DNA of 64,000 nt from the human T2T-CHM13v2.0 reference genome, Homo sapiens: the NCBI RefSeq assembly GCF_009914755.1, contig NC_060938.1; one strand, given 5' to 3'. Shown here piece by piece: positions 1 to 14,266 of this stretch. The first letter of the stretch is position 1, and each line of letters opens with the position of its first letter. A model generated the notes under the pieces. The model did not search any database, was not told where the DNA came from, and saw only the letters and a program-made list of their open reading frames with translations. A program made the position numbers and the translations under genes.

Positions 1-534
1 GAATTAGGATGCACGAGTCCGTCCATGACCCCACACTTCCTCTACAGGGACAGAAGCTCTGTAGCATCCTGCAGCAAGATTGTTCTCAGCCACCCTATCA
101 GGCAGTTCCTCCTTGTGTCAAACCAAGATCTGTCCTGCTTTGGTTTATGCTTATTTTCTTTTGCTGCATTCTTGAAAGAGGCCTTTCTCTGGTCTATTTG
201 AATCTTTAGCTTGTGAGCTACCTGCCTACTGCCCAGCTCTGACCTGTCTGTCCCCACATGTCCACTTCAGCACCTCTCCTTGAGATGAGGCTAAGGCTTC
301 ATGAGCCACCTTCAGGGACAAGTGGACCAAGGGTCTCTAGGGAGTGTCACTCCTCCCGCAGTCTCTGCTGAGCCTCAGTGGGATCTGGTTTTTTTCTCAG
401 GCCTGGCAGTGAAGTGCCTCCTTCCTGATGTCTTTTGTCCATACTTCTCCGGACCGCCACCTTCCCACCTTGCTGGAGATTCGTGTGCTCTTTCTGATAT
501 GTGATCTGGGGGTGGGCGAGAGTGTCCTCTAGAC

Positions 535-740
535 CTGCTCTGTCCAATGAGGTAGCCACTAGTCATGTGTGGCTATTTAAATTTAAATTAATCAAAAGTA
601 AATAAAATTTGAAATTCAGTTCTGTAGCCATACTAGCCACACTCAAGTGCTTGGCAGGCCTCTGAGACTAGGGGGCTATGGTATTGGACCCGGCAGATAC
701 ACAACATTTCCATTGTCGCAGAAAGCTCTAGAGGACAGCC
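535..740. mobile_element. MER3-like hAT-Charlie DNA transposon
   Basis: ctgtccaat...gtagccactagtcatgtgtggctattta...gcagaaagctctagaggacagc pattern. Confidence 0.75.
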
Positions 741-744
741 CTAC

Positions 745-1055
745 CAGTGCTTCTCAAACTCAAAATCATTGAGTTTGCCCAAGGTCACCTACCGGTGGGT
801 GGCTGAGCCCTGATTCTAGCTCTATAGTTAGTGCTTTCAAACTCTAAATTGCCTCCCATACATACTAACTTTCGTTTGTATCCACATACAAAACCTCCAG
901 GAATGGCAGAGAAGACTTGTTAAAACACCACATGCTGTGGGCCTCACCTTAGAGTTTGCGCCTCAGTAGGTCTTGGCAGAGTTGGAGGATTATTTCTAAC
1001 AATTTCCTAGGTGAGGCTGCAGCGGCCGGGCTGGGGACCCTGCTTTGAGAACAGC
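745..1055. mobile_element. MER5-like hAT element (interrupted)
   Basis: cagtgcttctcaaact ... ctttgagaacagctg terminal inverted repeats. Confidence 0.6.
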
Positions 1056-1742
1056 TGCTATTCACCCAGCACTGGGAGAGTCTGCTGAAAAGACTCCGTG
1101 TGGTGATCTAGATCTGAGGGTGGTGAAGAGTCACTGGGGACACAACTTTTTCAGCTGAGGTTAGAAAAGGAGACTGAGACCAGCTTTCCAAAAAGCGAGC
1201 ATTGGCTGGACAGTGGGGTACTTGGACGTGCCGGAAAAACCTCAAAACCCAAACAAACCCAAAAGAATAATCCTGGACCCCCAGGGATTGTCTGGTCTTC
1301 ATTTCCACTCGTCTGTAATTTCTGAGAGAAAATGACTTCAGTGTCAACCCTGATCACTGTCCTTCTCCAGTGACAAATACCAAGCAAGGACCACACCCCA
1401 GTGTCATCTCAGACATTAGTTCTTGGTTCCAGTTTTCCTTCCACCTTGAACTTTCTCAGACCTGCTGATACTCAGCACCTTCTTTCTTGGAGAGACTGTG
1501 TTGGGGACAGGAGGCAGAGCACTGGATTTGGAGTTATAAGATTTGAATTAAAGTCGCTGTGTAAGCTTGGGCAATGCCCCTCTGAATTTCATTTCTATAG
1601 AGGCAATAATCTTATTTACTTTATAAAACCACATTATGTTATGCTCACATGGTATCATATGTGAATTCTTGTTTGTAAATCACAGAGTACTTTCTAAACC
1701 TCAGGTCCCATAGGTTGGAATGTAACTTTTATAGCACAGGCT

Positions 1743-1744
<2 letters not shown>

Positions 1745-1790
<46 letters not shown>
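1745..1790. repeat. (AC)23 microsatellite
   Basis: Direct reading; abuts the tail of a minus-strand Alu. Confidence 0.98.
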
Positions 1791-1795
<5 letters not shown>

Positions 1796-1796
<1 letters not shown>

Positions 1797-2062
1797 TTTT
1801 GAGACAGTCTTGCTCCTTTGCCCAAGCTGGAATGCAGTGATTCAATCATAGCTCACAGCAGCCTCAACCTCCCAAGCTCAAGTGATCCTCCTACCTTACC
1901 CCTTACCCTCCTGACTAGCTGGGACTACAGGCACATGCCACCATACCCAGCTAATTGTTTTTGATGTTTTTATTTTTGTAGAGATGGGGTCTCACTATGT
2001 TGCCCAGGCTGGTCTTGAACTCCTGGGCTCAAGCAATCCTTCCACCTTGACCTCCCAAAGTG
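1796..2062 (-). mobile_element. Alu (J-like, truncated)
   Basis: gagacagtcttgctc...ctgggactacaggc...cctcccaaagtg. Confidence 0.9.
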
Positions 2063-2113
2063 AACACAGGTTATATTTGATCAGAATTATTTGTTTCTAT
2101 GCACATCTCTTGA

Positions 2114-2455
<342 letters not shown>

Positions 2456-2743
2456 GCTCTATTTATCTTTGAGCCCCCTAGTGCTTGATTTCAGGCCCAA
2501 GCAAATATTTATAAAAATAATGATTATCATACTAAAACATCCTGCACTTACTGTATGTCCAGCACTGTTCTAATGTATTGATTCATTTAATTCTTACACC
2601 ACCCCCAAAAGATAGTACTATTATGAAATTACATATAATAGGTGCCCAGTAGACATCTATTAAATAGTGGAGGGCAGCACTTCTCCAAATTTAACATGCA
2701 TAGGAACTATCTGGGAATCTTGATCTTGTTAAAATACATATCC

Positions 2744-3131
<388 letters not shown>

Positions 3132-3749
3132 TCAACAAGCTCTCAGGTGATGCTGTGGTCAGAAGACACTATCAAAGATGTAGATCATTTAACATTTTCT
3201 CAAATAGAAAAACCTCCAGTCCCCTGTGGGACAGAGGCAGGGGTGGGAAGCACACTGGGAAAAATAACTCACCTCTTACTTTGGGAGTGAGAGGATTACA
3301 GACCCTCAGGACTGACATTCTTTGAGGGGACCGGGAAGTCAGTCCACCAAAGGCAGCTTTTCAAGTCTCGTTGGAACAGCCTGTTCTCACGGTCTGCAGG
3401 AAAGAAACAGGGCAAACATTTTCCAACATTAGGAACAGAGCTTCGGACTGGGGCCACGTGTCTGGGCTTAACACGGTGCCTGGAAACAGCTGCTAAATTG
3501 CCTGGCGTCTCCCATCCAGAGGGGGCTAGGAGCCCTTCCTAAGGCAGCACCAGTACAGGTGGAACTGAGGCCAGCTCCCCTAGAGGGTGGATGGCTGCCC
3601 AAGGGCAGTGGAAGGGGGTGTGCAGATGAAACGTGGCCTTTGAGTCAGACAGAGCTGGCTTCAAATGCAGCTTTGCCACTTACTAGCGGTATAACCAGAG
3701 GCAAGTTACTTCTCCTTGCAGTTTTGTTTTCTCATTGCAGCCCGGAAAT

Positions 3750-4180
3750 AATACCAACCACACGGGTTTGGCTAGGGAATGGAAACCCCTGGAGAACTTC
3801 AAACAGAGCTACTTTAATACAGGGAATTGGTTACACAAGTGAGGGCAGAGCTTGGAGGCCAAGTGGGGGAGGGCGAGGCAATCCAGAGACCAGCAGGAAC
3901 ACAACTGTGAGCTGGGGGGCTGCAGGGAGGAGGTGGTGTTACTGAAGCCCAGGGGTCAGGTCATCAGGTGGGGGCTCGACCCACAGGGGGCTGGTCCAGT
4001 GGCCACACACAGCTCTTGCCGGGGTGCTATCTGAGGCAGAGAGGGAGGAGGAGAAATAGCTCAGCTTCTCCCTGTCTCTCACCCTCCAATCTCCCACCAC
4101 TGCCTCCATTGGCTGGACCCACCCAGCAGGAAGCTGGGAAATGCGGCTGGCAGGGGAAGTGGCTGAGGGCCAGTAGGCTC
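3750..4180. mobile_element. Old ERVL-class LTR remnant (LTR16/LTR33-like)
   Basis: tttaatacagggaattggttacaca motif typical of these LTRs; subfamily uncertain. Confidence 0.5.
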
Positions 4181-5308
4181 AGGACCTGCACAGGATGCCT
4201 TGTGTAAGGCATCGGCAGCACGTTGTTTGGCTCATCGACAAAGCAGGTGCCCTTTCCTGTGCCCTGGAAACAGCCAGCCTCCCTGGGTTAACCGTGTCTT
4301 CTGTGATGATGCTTTGGCCATCTGCAGTTTCTTTCTCAACATCCCTGTGTGTTGGGAACTCCAGGCTCTGTAACTCAACTGACTTCTTTTCCTCTGGCCT
4401 TTTGGGATCCTGGGATGTGTAGGGGAGGATTCTTCCAACCAAAAGACCACCAGGGGCCAGGGGAAGTGACTGAGGCTGAATGCAGGGACGCTGGCAAAGG
4501 GTGAGGGCCTGGACAGGCCTGACTGTGTTGTTTGTCCCTTCATTGGTTCATTCATTCATTCATTCATTCAACTCTTAACAATCAGCTATTGATCTAGAAC
4601 CACACTAGATGCTAGGACTGCAGATGGTGTCCCAGTCTGGTGGGTAAGACATGCTTGTAAATTTCAGTCAGGGCTATTTTGGTTGTAATAAATAGAAGCC
4701 CATTCAAAAAATGCAAGTGAGAAGGAGTTTTCTTGAAAGGGATTAGGGAATCTGATGGAGTTAATTGAGGAAGTGCAGGTGGGCCTCCCGTGAACTGTCC
4801 TCATCTTCTCTGCCTCTCTGAGCTCCACCCGCCTCTGCAAACCAAATCACATGTTGTTTCTGCTCCCCTAATTCTGGGTGACTTTTGACTCCAAAGGGTG
4901 TCAACTGGGTCAGACCACGACTCCTTGAGACCATGTAAGTCCAGTGCATTCTTACCAATTCACTAAAATTGGTGGCCCCTTAGGTTAAATTATTGAGAGA
5001 ACTTAACCCGATCAGCTCACTTGAGTCAGACTTCCTGTCCCATCAGGGTGGCCGGGACAGGCCAGGTAGTGGGGACAGGGGAAGGGTCTTACAGCTTGCC
5101 CTTTGGAGAAGCAGGATCTGAGAAGAGAGTTATGGGCAGGGCAGGCAATGAAACACGTTTCCTGCTGGAAATAATTGTAAATCTGGCCTAAGGGGAAAAT
5201 GGATTCAAAAAAGCATTTAAAATAATAATAGTGACCGTTTATCAAGACTTTATGTGTCAGACACTGGAAAGTGCTTTTTATACATTTACCTCTTTTAACC
5301 CTCAGAAG

Positions 5309-5310
<2 letters not shown>

Positions 5311-5342
<32 letters not shown>

Positions 5343-5355
5343 CATCATCATCATC
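5311..5355. repeat. (ATT)10(ATC)5 compound microsatellite inside a MIR remnant
   Basis: Direct reading; followed by MIR core attttacagatgaggaagctgag. Confidence 0.93.
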
Positions 5356-5454
5356 CCCATTTGCCGATTTTACAGATGAGGAAGCTGAGATGTAGGAGGT
5401 TAGATAAGGTTGCCTGGAGTCAGATGGTGGAGGTAGCAGCAGCAGGCACAAAAC

Positions 5455-5558
5455 TGTCACTTTGGCAATTTTGTTCCAAACTTGGAACAATACAGAGAAG
5501 CTTAGCATGGCCCTGCGCAAAGATGACACACAAATTTGTGAAGCATTCCATATATTTT
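5455..5558 (+). pseudogene. RNU6-366P: U6 snRNA retrocopy
   Basis: TTGGAACAATACAGAGAAGCTTAGCATGGCCCTGCGCAAAGATGACACACAAATTTGTGAAGCATTCCATAT aligns to U6 with CpG decay; tcactttggca matches U6 5' tcgcttcggca. The U6 call is firm; the symbol is recalled from the locus annotation and is less certain. Confidence 0.85.
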
Positions 5559-5583
5559 AAAAATTTTCTTCAAAAAATTTCTT

Positions 5584-5877
5584 GGCTGGGCATGGTGGTT
5601 TATGCCTGTAAGCCCAGCACTTTGGGAGGCCGAGGCAGGTGGATCACGAGGTCAGGAGTTCAAGACCAGCCTGGCCAACACGATGAAACCCCATCTCTAC
5701 AAAGAATACAAAATTTAGCCGGGCATGGGTGCGCCTGTAATCCCAGCTACTCCGGAAGGCTGAGGCAGGAGAATTGCTTAAATCTGGGAGGCCGAGGTTG
5801 CAGTGAGCCAAGATCACACCACTGCCCTCCAGCTTGGGTGACAGAGCAAGACTTCCATCTCGAAAAAAAAAACAAAA
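5584..5877 (+). mobile_element. AluS
   Basis: ggctgggcatggtgg...gcagtgagccaagatc...A-tail. Confidence 0.95.
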
Positions 5878-6599
5878 TTCTTGTCTCTGAGCCATGTGCC
5901 CTAGACCTGTGCTTGGCAGCTTCCGCGGAGAGCAGAAGCCGGCGATCAGGCCGTTTTCTCCCCTGCGACCTCCAGAAACGCTCTCCAGACAGACATTTTC
6001 CTTTCCTGTGGCTGCAGAGATCACTAGCCACCTTTGGCAGGACCTCTCTCTCCCTTTCCCTCCTTTTGTTAAAGGATTTCAGGCGCACGGACTTGGGGGG
6101 CTGATGTCCTCCATTTGATGGCTCGCTGTCACCACCCATCTGGACTCGAATCCTCTTTTGAGATTATCGTGGTTGTGTCTTTCTCCTTTCTCCAGGTCTA
6201 ATCCTAGTCCCTTCCCCCATAGGCATCCGCTCCGGGGTAAACAACACAGGTTTCTTCCAATTTCCTTTGTGTGTTGTTCATTCGTATATGTCATGTTTGG
6301 AAAGTGTATGTGTTAGGGGTTTATTTTTCAGGGGGGATGTTATTTTTAATTTTTTAAGGTCATAAATAACACTTTCTTTTCTTTTTTTTAACTTTTAAAT
6401 AAACTTTATATTTTAGCATAGAATTGGAATTACAGAGATGTTGTAAAGATACTGCAGGGAGTTCCTAGATGCCTTGTTCTCACTTCTGCCTACTAACATA
6501 GGGTACATTTGTCAAAATTGATGAACCAATATTGATATATTATTAGTAACTCATCTATACTTTTTCAGATTTCCTTAGTTTTTTGTTGTTGTTGTCGTT

Positions 6600-6893
6600 G
6601 TTTTCTGAGACAGGGTCTCACTCTGTCACCCAGGCTGGAGTGCAGTGGCACAGTCATGGCTCACTACAGCCTCCACCTCCCCGGACTCAGGCGATCCCCA
6701 CCACCTCAGCCTCCCGAGTAGATGGGACTGCAGGTTTGAGCCACCACGAATGGCTTTTTTTTTTTTTTTGGTAGAGATGGGGTTTTGCCATGTTGGCCAG
6801 GCTAGCCTGGAACTCCTGGGCTCAGGAGATCCCCCGCCTGCCTCGACCTCCCACAGTGCTGGGATTACAGGTGTTGAGCCAGCACACCTGGCC
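6600..6893 (-). mobile_element. Alu (J-like)
   Basis: gagacagggtctcactctgtcacccaggctggagtgcagtgg... Confidence 0.92.
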
Positions 6894-7174
6894 TTATTTC
6901 CTTCGTTTTTACCTGGCGTCCTTGTTCTGTTCTAGGATCTCATCTAGGAGACATTACATTTACTCCTGAGGCTCCTCTGCTGGGACAGTTCCTCAGGCTT
7001 TCCTTGTTTTTTGATGATCTTGACAGTTTTGAGGAGTACTGGTCAGGTGTTTTGTAGAATGTTTCTCAGCTGGGATTGGTCTGGTGATTCTCTCATGGTT
7101 AGACTGGGATTATGGGTTTGTGAAAGGGACACCACAGAGGTGCAGCACTATTTTCATTACATCATATTGAGGTC

Positions 7175-7742
7175 CCCCTTGGCTGGCAGTTACATCACTC
7201 CTGTCTCTGCCTCTGTGGTCACACCCCTCCTCCTCTTCTCTCTGTCAAATCACCCTATATCTCTCTTCTGAGGATACTTGCATTGGATTTAGGGCCTACC
7301 CACGTAATTCAGGATGATCTCATCTCAAGGTCTTTAACTCAACCTTCTACAAAGACCCTTTTTTCCAAATAAGATCACATTGACAGATTCCAGGAATTTG
7401 GATGTGGACTTCCTTCTTTTTTGAGATAATGTCTCACTCTGTTGCCCATGCTGGAGTGAAGTGGTGCCATCTCGGCTTACTGTAGCCTCTGCCTCTGGGT
7501 TCAAATGATTCTCATGCCTCAGCCTCCGGAATAGCTGGGATTACAGGTGTGTGCCACTACGCCTGGCTAATTTTTGTATTTTTAGTAGAGACGGGGTTTT
7601 GCCATGTTGGCCTGGATGGTCCCAAACCCTTGGCCTCCAGCGATCTGCCCACCTTGGCCTCCCAAAGTGCTGAGATTACAGGCATGAGCCACCGTGCCTG
7701 GCCTGGACTTACCTTTTTGAGGGCTACCATTCAACCCACTAT
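7175..7742 (-). mobile_element. MLT1-family MaLR LTR interrupted by an Alu at ~7415-7703
   Basis: cattggatttagggcctacc...caaagacccttttttccaaataagatcacatt...ccattcaacccact. Confidence 0.78.
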
Positions 7743-8339
7743 TCCCACATGTCAATTTTATCTTTCATGAATTGTGCTTTTGGTGTATCTTAAAACTCAT
7801 TGCTAAACCTAAGGTCATGCATATTTTCTCCTAAAAGTTTCATAGTTTTGCATTTTACATTTAGATTTGTGATTCATTTTGAGTATATTTTGTGTAAGGT
7901 GTAAGGTCTGTGGCTAGGTTCATTTTTTTTTCATATGAATATCTCTTTGATCCAGCCCTTTTTGTTGGAAAGACAATTCTCTCTTCATTGAATTGCCTTT
8001 GTGCCTTTGTAAAAAATCAGTTGAATACAGTTGTCTATTATTTGTGTTCTCTTCTGTTCCATGGATCTATGTTTCTATTCTTTCACCAATTTCAGCAATC
8101 TCGATTGTTGTAGTCTTATAGTAAGTCTTAAATTGGGTAATGTGAGTCCTTTGTTGTTCTTCAGTATTGTGTTGGCTATTCTAGGTTCTTTGCCTTTCTA
8201 TATAGATTTGAGTCAGTTTGTTGATACCTACAAAATAGCTTGCTGAGCTTTTGACTGGGAATCTGTATCAAGTTGGGAAGAATTGACATTTTACCAATAT
8301 TGAGTCACCAAATCTATGAACATTCCAATCCAATCTTCA

Positions 8340-8473
8340 TTTATTTTTTATTTCTATTTTTTGAGACAGAGTCCCACTCTGTCGCCCAGGCTGGAATGCA
8401 GTGGCGTTATCTCACTGCAACCTCTGCCTCCCGGGTTCAAACGATTCTCCTGCCTCAGCCACCGCGCCCGGCC
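8340..8473 (-). mobile_element. Internally deleted Alu
   Basis: Right monomer joins the Alu 5' end directly at cctcagcc|accgcgcccggcc. Confidence 0.85.
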
Positions 8474-8547
8474 GCTTTTACTTTCTTTACATAAATCTAA
8501 GTTTCTGATTGATATCATCTTCCTTCTGCCTGAATAATTTCTTCTTC

Positions 8548-8909
<362 letters not shown>

Positions 8910-9571
8910 TGAGAAAAATCTTTATTTCTCCTTAATTTTTAAGGATAAATCTGCTGGATATATATAGAATTCTAGGTGGGTGGGTTTTGTTTTCAATCTC
9001 GCACTTTTAACTTCTGTGACACTGCTGGCATTCATTCACTTTAAGTGTTTCTCCTCCTCTTTGCATAGTTTTATATCAAAAAGTCAGCTGTAACTCTTAA
9101 CTTTGTTCTTCTGTGAGTTTCGTATTTCCTACATCCATCCTTCTCCAGCTTCTTTTAAGATTTTTTCTTTGTCTTTGGTTTTCTGTAGTTTATTTATTTT
9201 TTGAGGGGCATGGCTTGGAGAGAGACAGATAGCAGTTCTTTTTTACAGATTTTTATTTTATTTCAGTAGTTTTTGGGGAACAGGTGGTTTTTGGTTACAT
9301 GGACAAGTAACCAAAATCTCAATTCAAATCTCTACCCAGCGTATAGTCTTTTATTCCTTACCCCCTCCCAGCCTTCCCCCGAGTCCCCAAAGTTCATGAT
9401 ATCCTTCTTATGCCTTTGCATCTTCATAGCTTGGCTTAATTTATGAGCGAGAACATATGATGTTTGGTTTCCCATTCCTGAGTTACTTCACTTAGAATAA
9501 TGGTCTCCAATTCCATCCAGGTTACTGTGAATGCCATTATTTTGTCCTTTTTTATGGCTGACTAGTATTCC

Positions 9572-9574
<3 letters not shown>

Positions 9575-9620
<46 letters not shown>
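9575..9620. repeat. (AC)23 microsatellite
   Basis: Direct reading. Confidence 0.98.
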
Positions 9621-9622
<2 letters not shown>

Positions 9623-11612
9623 ATCTCCCATGGAATATATGGAATGTATATCCTACCCAGTAATGGGATTTCTGAATCAAATAGTAGTTCTACTTTCAAT
9701 TTTTTCTGTAGTTTAAATATGATGTACCTAGGTGTTTTTTGTTTTGTGTTTGTTTGTTTGTGTACTTATTCTGCTCGGTGTTTTCTAAGCTTCCTGGATC
9801 TGCAATTTGGAAAACAGTAGTAGCCATTATTAGCTCAAATACTTCTGCTCCATTTTCTCTTTCTTGTCCTTCTGCATTTCAGTTATGCATATACTACATT
9901 TTTTGATATTGTCTCACAATTCTCAGATTCTCTCTTCTGTTTTTGTCATTCTTTTTCTTTCTCTTTGCATTTCAGTTTAGGAAGCCTCTACTGACTGATG
10001 TTCAAGGTCCTTGTTTCTTTCTTTGACCATGTTTACTCTGTCGATGACCCCATCAGAGGCATTCTTCATTTCTGTTACAGTGTTCTTAACTTCTAGGATT
10101 TCTTTTTGATACTTAGAATTTCAACTCTGCTTACATTATCCATGTGTTCTTGTATATTGCCTACTTTATTCACTAGGGATATTGCATATTAATCACAATT
10201 ATTTTAAATTATCTGTCTGATATCCAACACTTGTGTCATATCTGAGTCTGGTTCTGATGATTGATGTGCCTCTTCAGATTGTATTTTTTTTCTTACCTTT
10301 TGGTATGCCTTGTAATTTTCTGTTGAAAGCTGGATGTGTTGTATTGGGTAATAGGAACTGAGGTAAAGAGGTTTTTAGTGTGGAGATTTGTGTTAATTCG
10401 TCTAGGAGTTGTGTTGTGTTTAATCTTTAATCTTGATGTGTGATCCAGAGTCTTTAAATTCCTCTAGTGTCCTTGTTTTCATCTCCTCTTGACATTGGGT
10501 GTCCCTAAGTACTCCTCCTCAGAAAAAGTCTGTGCCTTGCAGCTCTTTCTGTTGTTATATTGGACTCTTCATGTGGTGGCTTTGCTATTCGTTAGCTTTG
10601 TGACTTTGAGCATATTTCTTCACTAAGTCTCTTTCCTCGCAGGTAAAATAAGAACAATATTCTCTTATAGAACTGTGCTGAGGATGAATTGGAATACTAA
10701 ATTAAAACACTGAGCACTGTGCCTGATATAGACTAGATTCTTGATTGAATCAATGGGCCTGTTTGGCTCAAAGTCACTAATTGCTACTTGTTTCGTTGGC
10801 TAGTGACACAAGTATTGCTTATCCCCCCTCAACCACGTAGTTAGAATCAGAACTCATTTCTCGTCATCCCAGTGGCTCAGCAGTATGGATGTTGCAATAG
10901 GCAAGTTGTTAATAATAAATGAACGGTGCCTTCCAGGTACCCCAGATACTTTAAGCAGCACCTAATTACATATTTAAGTGTAGGACCTGCCGGAACCATC
11001 TCCCTCTCTTGAGAAAATAACGACCTCTCTAATTGCACACTGACCCAAGATACATTCTCCCAAGTAAATAATACACTGTTCAGAAGCATCCTAATTAGGT
11101 ATTTACTTCAGAGATGGCAATGGCTTCATCTTGCTCCCCAGGGAAGTATTAAGCATCATATCAGGGCTGATAGAACTGAAAAACAAACTGGCCTCAAGAA
11201 AAACTGTGTCAATGATTTTCCATGAGAAGATAGAGAGCTGGGACTCCAGGAAGGAGAAACAATTGGCCAGTACTAGGGTTAGGCGGCCTCTCTACATGGA
11301 TGGAGGCAGCTTCTCTCAAAGACAGCCAAGAGTCAGATGGACAGGCAGGCCCCCTTGCTCCACCCTCCTAAATTAGGAGTTGAGGCTGTGTAGCGGATGC
11401 CTATTGCCCAGGCTCAGATTGCTGAAACAACAGCTGGCCTAGGAGCTGGGGCTCTAACCATTAGGAATCGCTTGCTTGCTGGAGGTGGTGGTGGGGTGAA
11501 GCGTTCTCTGTATCCTTCTTCCAGTTCTCACTGTCCCTTGGTCACCAGCAACTCCTAGAGGGAAAGGGAGCTTCAGACAGCCTTGGCTGAAGAAGAGAAA
11601 GTGACCTGGTGG

Positions 11613-11795
11613 CCTCCTCCTCTTTCTTTCTTCTCTCTCCCTCCGTCTCTTCTCTTTTGCTTCTCGCCGTCCCATTTCCCATTCTTCCTTCCTCTCCCCT
11701 TCTTCTCTCACTTATCTCTTTCCTCTTCCACCTCAGTTCTCACCTCTCTTCTTCTGTCTTTCCCTGTGTCCTCCTTCTGCCTCCCTTCCTCCTCC
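11613..11795. repeat. CT-rich low-complexity polypyrimidine tract
   Basis: About 180 bp almost entirely C/T. Confidence 0.85.
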
Positions 11796-12250
11796 AGAGG
11801 AAGAGGGAAAATCCACTCCATCTTCTCACTAGAAGCTTGCAGGAGAGCTCAGTCCTGGAGCTTTGCTCTTTCACGTTTGGGCATCATCCACTGAGCCTCA
11901 GGGTGGAAGTCATAGAGCCCTCCTGGACGAAGACCTCTGTGGATACACTGTGAAGTACATGGGCTGCCCTTGGGATCTTCTTGCAGATTACACACTCAGA
12001 TGGGGAGGACTCTTCTCAGTACAGAGGGGCAGCAGCAGATACAGTCAATGAAGGGAGCCGAGGAGCACCTGGATCTCCTTCTCATCTTTGCTAGTTCTGC
12101 AATGGCCCAAAGAATATGCCCTTTTATCTTCATCCGCAAAGCCCTTCTCATCTAGCACAGAAAGGTGCTATCTGCATGGACAGAGTCAAAGGGACCTGAA
12201 AGGTTGCCTAGTCCTGGAATTTTTAACGTGGGTTCTATGGACTGGGGAGT

Positions 12251-12622
12251 TGTATTAGTCTATGGGGGCTGCCATCACAAAACCCCACAAGCTGGGCGGC
12301 TTAAACAACAGAAATGTATTTTCTCACGGTTTTGAAGACTGGAAGTCCAAGATCAAGGTGTCAGCAGGATTGGTTCCTTCTGAGGCCTCTCTCTTCGGCT
12401 TGCAGGTGGCTGCCTTTTCTCTGTGTCTTCACATGGTCTTCTCTCCGTGCCTGTGTCCTAATGTCCTTTTCTTATAAGGACACCAGTCATATTGGATTAG
12501 GGCCCACTATATGCCTCATTTTACCTGAGTCATCTCTTTGAAGGCCCTAACTCCAAATACAGTCACATTCAGAGGTACTGAGGGTTAGAGCTTCAAAACG
12601 TGAATTTTGGGGAGGACATAGT
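12251..12622 (-). mobile_element. MLT1A-like LTR
   Basis: tgtattagtc...ggcttaaacaacagaaatgtattttctcac...ctccaaatacagtcacatt. Confidence 0.88.
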
Positions 12623-12625
12623 TCA

Positions 12626-12975
<350 letters not shown>

Positions 12976-13865
12976 ATTGGGGGAAAATGGAAAGGGAACA
13001 ATTATATTTTTATTTTCACTAACTTTCAGCTGAAGTGTAGCATTTCCTTCCTACATTACAAATGTAGCCAGCAAGCCACAGCAGCGTCAGGAGCTCCTGT
13101 GACATTACTGTTAAGAGAAACCACAAACATTACATATCAATTATGGTTGTCACAGACATCTTGAAATATTGTTTACTCTCACAACTACTTTAAAATTACA
13201 GTTATTACACCTATCGCTCAGGCTTGTTTTTAATTGCATTTATTAAAGAGTACATATATTGCCACATAACAAATTTGTTTTTACACTATGTTTATAATTG
13301 TATTATAATTGGTTTCCCTTGTAAATCCTATTTCATCTCATGCATTTCAAAACACTGTTCGGAGAAGAAATTCGTAAGCCTCATCAAACTGTCAAAGGGA
13401 TCCAACAGCACAGAAAAGAATGCTAGACCTAGTTTCAACTCTTTTTTTTTTTTAACAATGGAGGAGAATGGGGTCCAGAGAGGGCAACTTAATTGTCTGT
13501 GGTCACACAGCTAGTTATGAAAGGTTTGGGACTACAGTTTAGGTCTTAGGATTCCTTGTTCACAGCTTGGCCCACTGTATCACATTTGCTAGTTGTTCTT
13601 CTACAACGAAGACTGATATATAAAACTATTAGCCATGATATGAATTTTCTAAATACCTTCAGATTCCTAGATAGGCTTTATGTTCCCCAAAAGTCCACCC
13701 TTCTGGGTTAGCCTTCCATTTAACAGCCATCTAGCCCAGTCCTCCTGAGAGATGGAAGGAAGTCCAGCTTTTACCTCCACTCCTGACCTACTAGTGGATA
13801 TCTCGGAGGAAGGCTTACAGGGCCCAAAAGTGGGTCCTGGCTTTCCTTCATCAGCCCATCCAGTG

Positions 13866-13972
13866 CAGCAACCAACTCACCCTGGTTTGCCCGGGACTCT
13901 CCCCAGTGTTGGCCCTGAAAGTCCCATGTCCTGGGAAACCCCTCAGTTCTGGGCATATGGGTGGCTGGCCCC
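13866..13972. mobile_element. MER81-like hAT MITE
   Basis: ctggtttgcccgggactctc...ctgaaagtcccatgtcctgggaaacccctcag matches the MER81 core. Confidence 0.7.
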
Positions 13973-14026
13973 CTCCCGCTTAGCCTCTTGCTGACAGCTG
14001 CTCTACTCAGGGGTACCTCTCACCAT

Positions 14027-14266
14027 CTCATCCTGGCCTGTCCGGGCTGCTCCCTCCTGGCCCACACTGCAGGGGTTCTCACAGCCCGGCTGAAACCAGG
14101 CTGCCTCTTGCTTCGCAATCTCTCTGAAGACCGGAATTAGATTGTGAGAAAGAGAACAAGGTCATGTCTGAGAGTGGATGTCCAGGCTCCTGGCTGCCTG
14201 GGACCCTCATCCACAGGCTGGCTCTCTCTCCTCAGCTCCCACCTGCTACTTTTGGGTGTGGGTCAA
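14027..14266 (+). repeat. Left arm of ~240-bp inverted duplication
   Basis: Reverse complement of 15131-15373, about 90% identical by manual alignment, with perfect runs of 32 and 36 bp. Confidence 0.95.

Noticed and set aside
5271-6104. 277-aa ORF with poly-Y/poly-H
   Set aside because: GTG start; reads through a MIR microsatellite, the U6 copy and an Alu.
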